Below, one piece after another: positions 11,128 to 23,100 of a DNA stretch of 64,000 bases. A model generated the notes under the pieces. It did not search any database, had not been told where the DNA came from, and saw nothing but the letters and a program-made list of their open reading frames with translations. The DNA comes from Lingula anatina (Eukaryota > Animalia > Brachiopoda): NCBI GenBank assembly GCA_051362555.1, contig CM120640.1, positions 12,276,001-12,340,000 on the forward strand, given 5' to 3'. Every line of letters begins with the position of its first letter. Position 1 is the first letter of the stretch. A program made the translations under genes and the position numbers.

Positions 11128-14100
11128 TCAAATGGAGTCTAACACAAGCCAGTCTTCACTCTCCTCATCAAAACTGCACTCTCCTTGACTATCCGAAGTT
11201 GGTTCCGTTTTAACTGTCACTTGGCTAGGCACATCATTCACACTGGAGCTTGATGGCAAAGTTTGTGAAAGGAGAGAGAAGGCATCCAATGGCTCAGACT
11301 TGATCTTGATGGCACTAACCGTTTTTCCAGGATTTGACGATGGAGATTTCTCGAGAGATCCACGGTTCTGATCCTGTGACAAGTGATTACCACTCATGAC
11401 TGGTTGAGTATCCAAGGAACCAATGTCATCAAAGAGGTTGCGCTGGTTTTGCTTGGTCTTAGTAAACCCTGCACCAGTACTCTTTTTACAAACATTCTTG
11501 CCCTTGTTGGTTTTCTGTTTTGGTTGTGGTTTCTTGAACTTTAAAGAAACAGGAAACTTACTATGAAATGGTCTCTTCTTTGCAGTTGGCAGTTGCGTTC
11601 CTTTCGAGCTAACTGCAGACACTAAGGTCTCAATATCTTCCTCTCCATCTTCAAGCCCTTGCTCCTGTAAGAAGTCACCAATGGCATGCCCCACATCTAC
11701 TGAAAGACTTTCACAATCATCAGAGAGAGCAGGAGACCTGGACATGCTGTAGTCACCTTGTTCTGCATACTCCTGCATGCAGTCCTTGAGAACAACTTTT
11801 AGGTCAAAGGAACAATGCCCATTTTTTGGCCAATGAACAGTTGAAAAATGTTCAGAAAATGTAGTTTTGTCCATGGTGGCGTATGCGCATAAGTGGCAGC
11901 AATAATACAAATTGGTGACCTTGGGATTCCTTACGGCAATGTTTTCTTCTGCATCCTTTCCATAATGGTCCACCTCAATATGATGCTTGATTTTAGGCCT
12001 GAAATATAAGATAGAAAACGTACTTAATATGTGCAGTCTTGATTCAAAATGTCACTGCTCAAGGTTTTAAAATGGAGTCAATTTAGCACCAAATAACTTT
12101 GTGCAAAGCTTAACATAGTTAGATTTAGCATGTTAAAACATAAAATTAAAAAAAAATCAAATTGGATCTCTGCCTCTGCCAATATTTTATTTTGCTGAAA
12201 TCACACAATGTCTCACAGAAAGATGACCCATAAGAGAGCCCAGTTTACATTTATAGGACCAGGCTCATCATTAACCCAAAAATAAAAAAAAAAACAACAT
12301 ATGCAGTGCATCTTTAAGTTATTATTCAGAGATGGAGACTTCCCATTTAGTGAATAAGTCTGATAATTTGGCATGGGGTTCACACTTGCCCCCTTCCGTT
12401 TTTACTGCTGATCTGTATCGATCTAAAAAAATGATTCCCAAAAAGTCGGGAAATCAGCCAACAGTCACATGCATGAAAAAAAAAAAACTACTTCTTCAAT
12501 ATTAGATAAAACACCTACTTCTGTGAATTGACAATACCACAGATGCCACATAAGTATCTGCCTCCATAATGGACCCATGCATGATGTTTCATATGACCAA
12601 TTATCTGAGTGACATAACTGCATACTGTCAGTGGACAATGATACAGTCTCTCTGCTCCTTTTGGCGTGAAAGGTAACTCCATCTCATAACTAAAAAAAAA
12701 AAATGTTTTCTTGAAGAAACACCTTTGTATTTTTAACAGTCAGTATAATCTTAAAACTTAATAGCCTCATCTACTTACGGAGAATAAAATGAATGCATTT
12801 ACTGTGTGCAATGATTTACCAACATTTTTGTTTTTAACTAATTAATTTAACTCCTGTACCGCAAACTATTTTAAGAAATTTGACTTACTTATTAAGAGTG
12901 CATTTTTCCACTTGAGAATGGAAAGAGAGAGGTGGGGGTCTCTCAATGCCAGCTAATTCTTCTTTTTTGATTTTTGCCAGAGGAAGTAGGTGACCCTCAT
13001 CTTCAGGTCTTGGTCTTTTCCTCGACCCGTTGGGTACTCCAGTTGTCTTTTCTCTAACCAGACTTTTTGCCTTACTGTGCAAGTGGTCCACTTCCTCATC
13101 TAGTTTATTCTTCTTTGCTGGCGGTGATTCACTGCTGAAATTAACAGCTTGGTTCTCATCAAATGAGGGTGTCTTTGTCTGCTTATCTGGCTCACTTTCA
13201 ATGGCATGTGCTATATTGAGCATGGTCTGTACAGCAACCTTTCTTTTGGAGTCAGACGAGACTGACCTTGGAGTGGTTGCATTTTCCATAAATTCATCTA
13301 GCAAAGTTTCAAGGTCTTTCTTCTTCTGATACTTGATCAGTTTCTTGCGCCCAAAATGAGATTTTTCAAAATGCCGGTCTAGCATTCTTTCTGAGCTTGA
13401 TTCCCTGCTACAGTAGCCACATCTAACAGGGTTGTAATTCAGATGAGAGGACATGTAGTGGTGACGCAGGACGTCTAATCTTTTGACACTATAAGCGCAA
13501 ATTTGGCAAAAGAACTGCAACCTTGGACTTCCAACTTCAACCTCAATCTTTTTACCTTGTTTTATATGGTCGACCATTTTCTTCATATCAGCCTCCTTTT
13601 GCTTGTCTATGCAATATGTGTACTTTGATATTAATCCTTTATGCTTCTGTCTGAAATGTAGATGCATCAAAGGCCTGGTACAGGTTGTACAACTGCATAA
13701 AGCACACTTATATGGCTCATAACCCAGGTGAGATCTATTTACATGGAACTGCACATGGTCTGTCCTCATTCTAACAGGGCATTCTGTGCAGTAAAAATAA
13801 AGATGGGATTTGGGGGGTGGTTGCTTCGGTCTGACTCTTTTTTTCTTGGGTTTGTCATCTGAAGGCAAATCATCCACTGTACTTGCTGTACTAACTGATG
13901 CCCCTGTAGTGCTGGAGATCACTGTGCTGCTGTCATCTTCAGATGACTCTTCTGATGAATCCTCAGGTGTGTTGTCAAGTGCTGCTTGCTTGTTTAGAAG
14001 CTGGCTAGAAGTGTTGGAGGTGATCGTCTTCTTGGCAGCTACTACCCTAATGGCACAAGTGAGTTGTGGATGTATAGCCACCAGGTGTTCCTTCAGAATC

Positions 14101-17100
14101 CTGAACTTATCATGACGTTCATTGCAATATGCACACTGGTATGTAGCGCTTTTTCCATGACCAGCCCTATGAGCTTTTAGCTTGCTGCCTTTTCTGGTCT
14201 TGTATCCACACAACTTACAAACAAAGGGCTTGACGCCTAAAGGTAAGCCTAAAGTTGCTGAGGGAGATTTTGGCACCACTGCCCCCATTTTGCTTCCTTG
14301 ATAAGTGTTTGAATCCAACTTTTTACACCTATCTACTTCTTCCAAGACTTGCTTCCATTTAGAGGTATTCTTTTTTTCAATAACCACTGGGTCTTTGCCT
14401 TCATGGAACCTAGCAGCATGCTTTTCTGTGTTGCTCTTTGTGCAAAATTGTGTTTTACAAATCCCACAAGAGTAAGGTTTATAGCCAAAATGTTGCATAG
14501 TATGGGTCTTAAAATTCTCTCTTCTGGTAGTGCTGTGGTGGCAATGTCTGCAGACATAAGTATATAAACTAACCAATTTTTTGCTTTGTGTCTCTGTAAT
14601 ATTCCTTTTCACCAAGTCCTCTTTTTGCAGGTCTTGATCAAACACAAGAGTTCCCTTTCCATTGTGCTGTTTTTGAATATGGTTGTTCATGCCATTTGTT
14701 GTCTGACATCTATGGTCACATTCAGAGCACCTCATTGGATAATATGATAAATGCCTCATGACATGCCATCTTGCACGGTCAATTCTGGGAAAAGATTCCT
14801 TACAAAGACTGCAAACATACTGAGCACCCTTGCTATCATGGTTTTCTGTATCACTTTTGACACTGCTCACTTCAGAGCTGCTAGGTCTTCTTTGAGCTGG
14901 AATACTTGCACTTCTTGGGGAATTCTCTGGATGTATCTGCATGACATGCCGTCCTATAGAACTATGATACCCAGACTTGAAGTCACACAAAGGGCAATAA
15001 TACATTCCATCCTCATTACGAGTTACCTTTACTCCTGCCCTAGTCTCTCCTGCAGATGAAACACTTTGTTCTGTGAGATCTTTTAATTGAACTCCTTCTT
15101 TATTTGCTTTCTCACTTTTTTGGATGTTTTTTAGCTCATCTGCTAATTTTGAGAGAAGGGATGTCTTGACATATGAAATCTCTGTTGGCATCCCTGGGTG
15201 ATTTTCAGCGTGATGTTTATTAGCTGCTTCCAGAGTTCTTCCTCGGTAAGGACAATGTCCACAAGTGTAGGGTCTATGGTTGTAATGTATGTACTTGTGT
15301 TCTTTCATGTTTTTGGAATTCTTGGTAGTGTATGGGCACATAGAGCAATGAAGCACCTTCTCTGCTGATTTTTCCTCTTGACTTTGACTTAATGGTGCTG
15401 ATGATAAAGAGGGAGGCCCAACTGCAATATTATTTGTTGCCTTTATGTTTGCTTCAGGTTTAGAGGGTTCTACTAGCTGCTTAATTTTCAGTTCTTTTCC
15501 TTTGTGCATGTTAATGCTGTGGATTCTGATACTGTAGCGTGAAAATGCTTTGAAGCTACAATATCCACACTTGAAAGGACGAAAACTGCTATGTCGCTTG
15601 CAGTGTTTGTGTAGAGTGTCACGGCTGTTGAAAGTTTTGGAGCAAATTGGACAAGCATGCAAACTTCCAGGGCTTTTCTTCAATGTCTCTTTATGTGATG
15701 AAAGCAGAGCATCAATGTCCTCCCCTCTGGCAAGGCGTGGTTTTCCAGGTTCCTTCACCTTTGGGGTAAACTCTACTCCAACTTCACTGTCAGAGTTCCC
15801 AATAAAAGAATTGGACTTCACATCAGTATGAGCATTTTTACCATTATCAATTTCACACTGTCCTGTGATTTTCAAGAAACGTAGTGCTTTTCCACGATGC
15901 TTTGTCTTCATGTGCAATTTCAGCAATTTTAGCTGTCTCCTGGAGTAGCTACAAAACATGCATTTGTATGAAGTGTTCAACAAATTTGGGTGGGCCACCT
16001 TTAAATGACTTATTATTCTAACAATTCCTCTACTAGCTGGAGTGCTATAGCCACAAAGAAAACACTCAAAATTGTTAGATTGTTGTGACCTTTTGAACAG
16101 TGTTATGCCTTCATCTTCTCCTCCCTCCATATGGACCCTTCTTATGTGGTTTCGCATATATTCTTGCCTCTTTTCATATGGTAGTTTTCCCCCTGCAGCA
16201 GTGTGAGGGCAAAAAGGACAGCTTGCTGAAAACCATTCAACTCGGTTTGAACTTGAACCCTTATCATGAAATGACCTTTTATGTCTGGAAACAGTCCTGT
16301 TTGAAGGAGTGGTAAAGTCACAGTAGGAGCATGCCCAAATAACTTGCTCTTTCTTTTCTTCTGGAACTGATGACAGAGCCGCAGCTTCTTTGGGTCTTTT
16401 CTCTTTATAAAACCATTCAGATTTATCATTTCCTGTGTACTCCAGCACACTTTCATCATTTGAGTTGAAAGGTATGCTTCCAGAATTTGTTGCATTTGTA
16501 TGTTTTGGATTTGTTGTTTTAATTGATTTGTAAAATGTACTTCTATGAAATTTCATGTGATACCTCACAGACTGTTTTGAATCAAATATTGAATTGCATC
16601 GCTTGCATTTGTAAGAGACATCTTCATCTACAGTAGGTCCCACTTCACTTGTATTTGTTGAGGTTGTCAGTTTTTCTGCTATTTTGCCAAAATGCTTATT
16701 CAAGGTATGGCGATAGATATCTGCACTGCAGTAGACAGACGTGTAACTGCAGTACACACACTTGTATGCCCTCTGTGTTGGTGGCTGTTTAAGTGCAGGT
16801 TTCCCAGTCGGAGTAGATATCTTCTGTATCTTTGATGAATTTACTGTTGAGAAACTGTTTTTCTTCTGCCTTACACGATTTTGGCCCTTTTCAACAATGT
16901 ATAAAGACATTATATGTTCTGCTTGAATATGGTCCTGCATAAAAGCTCTGTCTTCTGTTGAAAAAAGGCACACCTGACATGTGAATTTGGTGTTCCCCAT
17001 TTCCTCATTTTCAGCCTCGATAGAGCCATCAGAAACAGCCTTTGAGGTGGTACAAGATCCTGCAACTCCCATCAAGAATGACATATGAATTTTCTGAGTG

Positions 17101-20100
17101 TGACGTATGACGTCCTGTCTTCCATAGAATGAATAGTAATCACAGTACATGCATCTGAATATTCTGCAACCAGGACTAGAACCACCTTGGTGGGCTTTCA
17201 ATCGACTTCCCTTGGAGGGTGAAGTAGCACCTTTTAATGGTGAAGTAGTGCCTTTAGTGGGTGAAGTACCTGCCAGTGAAACGTTACCCCTTTTGTTATG
17301 TTCCACTGCATAGAAAGATTGAAGGTGGTTATCTTTGAGGTGCAGATACATTTTGTCTTCATTTTCTGAGACATAATCGCAAATCTGGCACTTAAATTTG
17401 GTTGTAGAGTGAGAAACTTCATCATTCTTGTCCGCATTTTCTACCTTCACTTTGCATTCAACCTCAGGGGAAATGCTTCTCATCAAGAAGTCAACATGGT
17501 GCTTGATTGAGTGACGAAGGACATCTATTCTTCCATACATGGACTGATATTCACAATATAAACATCTAAAAATCTTTTTCCCCTTGTGTGCACTTGGTGA
17601 TGCCTGTCCATGTTTTGACACCTCTGAAGACGATATTCTAGTAGACATCTGATCAACTTCCATAAGGTTTGAAGGTTGATCCTGTGTCTCACTTTCAACA
17701 TTGTCATTGGTGGAAAGTGAATCATCCAATGCTTCCGTCTTTTGAGTATCATCACTTCTTGTAGAATTTACTGCCGTCAGTTGCTGTGTATCAACAATCT
17801 CATACAGTGTTGGGATGTGGTAAGTGGTGATATGTGTTCTCATAAGTATTGGAGCCTTTGTGGAATAATTACAAATGGTGCAAACAGGAATCTTGTCTTT
17901 CTGCTCTTTTACCATTGTATTTTTTCTTTCAACATCACTAGGTGAATTGGTAAGCATTGAATCAATCTGAGGAAACCCCATTAAGGCATACATGTGCTTA
18001 CTACGTACATGTCTCATGGTGTTGTGTCTATGATCACTTTTATAGTCACAGTATAGGCATTTTGTAATTTTCCCTTTCCAAAATCCTGGACTAAATGCCT
18101 TAGCACCTGAACTTGGTGAGAAACATTCTGGTTGTTCAAGTATTGCTTGTGTTTCACTACAGTCATTAGTAGCAGCATTTAATTCTACACTAGCATCAGA
18201 ATTAGGCTGAGCATCAGCTTTCAATTCCACACTTGCATCAGAATTAGGGGCAGCTTCAGCTTGTAATTGCATACTTGCATCAGAATTGGGTGCAGCACCA
18301 GCTTTTTGTCCATCTGATATCAGAGATAAATTGAACAAGGGAGAAATGTTTGTTTCTCCCTTAAATTGAGTGGATGATACTAGATCCTGAAGATGTGTGG
18401 TAATGTGTTTTTTTATAGATGCTATGGATTGTGAAGAAAATTGGCACAAACGACACATTCTCTTCTCATCTTTATATCCATTCTCTTCATTCAGACAGGT
18501 TGCACCTGGACCTACTGTCTTAATGTTCATATCCTTTGGTGACCCAGCACTGTTTGGTGAATTTTCCTTTGCAAACTCAGCCAAGTTAACAGTTTCTTCA
18601 TTACTCCCCACTATGTTCCCATTCTCTGTAGGTGTAACAACTGCATCTAGTTGCATAGAAATATTTGGAGCTACTGGCTGGTCCATGGTTTCAAGAGGTG
18701 TGCTGTGCTTGCTTATTTTTCCACCATATGTTTTACTACCTAAACCCATCAAATACTGCATGTGTTGTGTTTTTGTATGTTTAATGACATCACTCTTGGT
18801 ATGTCTCGTCTTGTATGCACAAAACATGCAATAAAACATTGCTGGGGAGACAGCTTCTCTGTCATCATGGAACTTTGGCTTGCTGGCACTCTTTGGGGAT
18901 TTATTCCGTCTTGGGGATAATTCTAGGCGTGCTTTGGGCATATGGCTTACCAAATCTCTGGCAGATATATCTTTACCAGGAGACTTTGAAATATACTCAA
19001 TTTTATACATTGAGGGTAGATGCTTCTCCAAGTGGCTTTGTACTGAAGACTTAGATGACGAGGCATAGCCACAAATCTGACATGTTGGAATATTTTCTAT
19101 TGCAGCAGTGGATTCAGCTTCTAAAGTATGGTACCCTATATCCATGGCAGTTGAGCTACATTCTGTTTGCTTTTGTTGAGAATTTTCTTCAACTGCTGTT
19201 ACATCTTTGGAAATTGTTGGGGTTACCCCCAAGGGTTGTTTGAAGCCTCCAGTATTTGTTTCAACTGGATTGTTCTCAACTTCTTTTTGTTCACCAAGTT
19301 CAACTGCTGTACTAATCAGCTTATCAACAAGCTCACTAATTGTTTCCTCTTTCTCACTGATGACACTGGTTTGAGTGCTGTCCAATTTAACATCTGGAAT
19401 TTCAGCTGTTGCTTTTTTCATCTCAACACTGGGCATATTTGCATTGCCTTCCTCATGTAAAGCCTGCCCATTAGCTGGCATCTCTGCCTCTGCACCAACT
19501 GAGTTTATGTTGGAAGTATATACTGTATAATTTGGATCTTCAGCACTCCCTGACTGTATTGTATCCCTTTTGCCTTGCCCAGAGACCAACTGTGACCTTT
19601 GTTCTTTATCATCTTGCTGTATTGGAACCTCAGCTATTTTACTACTGTCAAGATACGTATGATCAGACAACTCATCCAGTACAGCATCTATGCTTGTTTC
19701 TTTGCCTAAATTTGTTTCAGGGACTTTTGCATTGGTACTCACAGTCTGACTGTTACCATCTGCTGTTGTAGCTTGTAATTCTTTTGCAAAAGTATTAGAT
19801 GGCAAATCATCTGCACCCGTGTCAGAGGTGCATTTTGCTAATTTTCCAACATTGCTTTCTTCATCTTTTTTAGACAACTCCATAGAGCCCAGATCTGGTG
19901 CATCTGATGTATCTATTACCAACTTGCTAGAATATAACTCATTGTACTCAACATCAGCATCTGCATCCTTGCTGGCTTTTGTTAAATCTTTTGCTAAATC
20001 TGGTATGGAAGCCAAGGTGCTTTGTGGGGATTTGTTGATTTGGGCTTCTTCACTCTGTATAACTTGTTGAGCTTCTAATTTTGCTTCATCTCCAATACTG

Positions 20101-23100
20101 TCAGCAACAGGTCCTTTGTTCTGTTCAACGGTCTCTTGTACTGTGACTTCATTGTTTGTAGAATCATCCATGATGCTTTCAGTTTGATTTGTTACTTTGG
20201 AGAAATCTACTTCACCTGAGCAGTTTTCATCATTGCCTGGATCATTTCTTTTACCTGCCTCTTCCTTTTGCTGCTGGACTTCTTCGTTGGTGTCATCTGG
20301 TTTATGTTCTAAACCCATCAGTAAATCAAGGTGCCAAGTGCGGGTATGGCGCAACACGTGTGCCCTGTTGTAAAAGGAATAATAATCACAATAAAGGCAA
20401 CGGTAAATTTTCACCTGTCGTACTGTCACATTTTCTCCTTTACTCTTTGTAGTGTATGTTCCTCCTGCATAATTCTGTAAGGATTCAAGTATGTTTTCAT
20501 TCTCTCTCCACTGTTCAAGATCCTGTGGCTCTGCCTTGATTTTAATAAGTGAGTCTTTGATCACAAATTCTGGAACTGAAGTGGACTGGTCTTTCAAAGG
20601 GCTAGGTGTTTGATTTGCATCGGTGTCATTCTCATTTATTGATGTCAATGCTGATGATTGTAGGTCATCGCCAGACAGTTCTGCAGCACTTGTTTCTTTG
20701 GTATTGTCAGTAAAAGGTGACTCCGAACTTGTAGCTACATTTTCATTTCCTAAGAAAGAGTTAGTTTTTATTTCAGTCTGATCATCTGATGGCAGGGCAC
20801 TGCTGACAGGTTCAGGTAATCCTGCTGAATGCGGCTGAGTCTCTGTTTGGGTCACACTGGGGCTTCTTGACACACTTTCAGTTTCTGAAGCACCCCTTGT
20901 TTCTGCTACAATTTTGAACACCTGTCCTTTAACAACTTCTTTGACATTCACCCTGATTGTGAGAGGGGGTTTGTCTTTATGATATTTCTGCATGTGCTGC
21001 AGCAACATAAACTTCTCTGCATGGCTCCACTTGCAGTAACCACACATGAAGGGTTTTATCTTGTAATGAATAGTGAGTACATGGCGTTTCATAGCTGTGA
21101 TATATTCAGACTGGTAGCTACACAGATCACACTGGAGAAGGTAAGGTTCTACTCTTTTGAAACCACAGTGTACAGAATCTGATGCCAAAAACTCTACTTG
21201 AGGCTGTGATTTTTCAGGCTGCAATGCATCTTCACCAACTGTTACCTCATAACCTTGCAATACTTTGACAGGTTGGCCTACATGGACATTTTCTGAATGT
21301 TTTGCTACATCCTCCTTAGTGTTGCTGTGAAATCTGCAGTGTAAACACTTGAACTGGATTAATCCCTTTGACTCAGTGTTAGACTCATCATCTGTAAATC
21401 GAAAGATTTTACAGCCTTTGGTAGGATGCTGGTTCTTGCAGTGTCTGGCAACTTTAGCCCCTTCAGCAGAGCTGTACTCGCAATGCATACAATGATATGG
21501 TTTTAAGCCAGCATGTACATAATTAAAATGCCTCCTCATTTTATCTGGCCTTCTGTTTTGAAATTCACAGAGGAGACACTGGTACAAGTCTTTATCTACC
21601 AGTTTCCAATTCTCCTGTTCTTTTCCTTTCTCTTCGGTCTGACTGAGGCTTGCTGTTGGTTGGGAATCATCTTTTATTTCACAATTTTCATTATCTTCAT
21701 TGCATACAGACACAACTTGCAATGAACCCGTTTTTCCATCTTTAGTTGGTATTACCCAATGTCCATTTGAGTTTTTCTCCATTTGATGAGCTTTCTTGAA
21801 ATGACGCAAAAGATTGTAGCGCACTTTACTTCTAAACTCACACATTGGGCAAGCAATTTGCATTTTGAAAACACTTTCCTGTGGCACGCAGAATACTTCT
21901 CCGCTACTTGTTGTGTGATCTTTTGTACCTACAGTAGGAAGTCCTTCATTTGAAGATGAAATGGGAAGTGGCTTTTCATGCACTGGTTTTTGGGCAGCTG
22001 GTGGTCTTTCTAGAAACTCTTGGTGATTCCCTTTGAAATGATTGGTCAGCATGCCTTTGCTCTGATAATCCACATGAATGTTACACCTCATACAGCGATA
22101 AAGACTGCCAGCCTCTTCACAACTACTGTAGTGAAAACCATATTCTGGTTTCTGAATGCCATGAGTATAAGAGAGATGAGAAAACAACACTGGCTGAGCA
22201 CGTGTTTTATAGTGCTCGCATTCATGGCACTGATATACAGTTCTCTTGACACAAATGGTTACATAATCCTGGTTTTCTATCAACCTCTCTTGGTCTTTTG
22301 TAATATTTGATTTTGTCTTCTTCTGGCTAGTTCTTGATGTGTTGTGTTTAACCATGTGCTGCTTCAATAAATCTTTGGAGGTAGCACTAAATGAACAGAT
22401 CTCACAGTGATATTTGTCAATGACAGATATTCCAGACTCCTGTAGAAGCGCTTCCATCTCTGATGCCTGGCTGCTTCCATCTGGATCCATCCCAGTTTTC
22501 TGACTGCTTGGTGAATGTCCAATAAATAGTGGGCTTGAACCTATTGTTACAACACCAGTGGGATGCTGTTTTTTAATGTGTCTTTCAATTAGCTCTTTTT
22601 GAGTTGAGCTATATCGGCAGGACTTACAAGCATACATTGTAATGAATGGCTTGCTTCCATCAACAAATTTGTGCTGTGACATATGACGTCTGAAGCCCTT
22701 GATAAGATCAGTGTTGAAAAGACAAAGTGGGCACAGAAAGCGTTGACAATTTGACAAAAATTCTTTAGAAACATCAGCTTCCAATACACGTGAACCACGC
22801 GATGCCATCTCTTTTACAGTTGGCCTAGGATCTTGATTTATGCCTCCTGAGGACACCCCCCGAGGTGCTGGGGGAGTACCAACATTTGTGCTGGAGCTTG
22901 TACTGACTGGCTTTGAATTGAACAGCCTCTTGACAACTTCATATCTCACCTCATCAGCAGGGTGCAAATTGTCAAAATGGTGGTCTAAGATTATTTCATG
23001 GTTAGCTTGGAAACTGCACACCTGGCAAACATATATTCGTATTCTGATGTTCATTTGATCTGGATGCAATGCACTCATGTGAGATTTAAAAGATTCTTGA

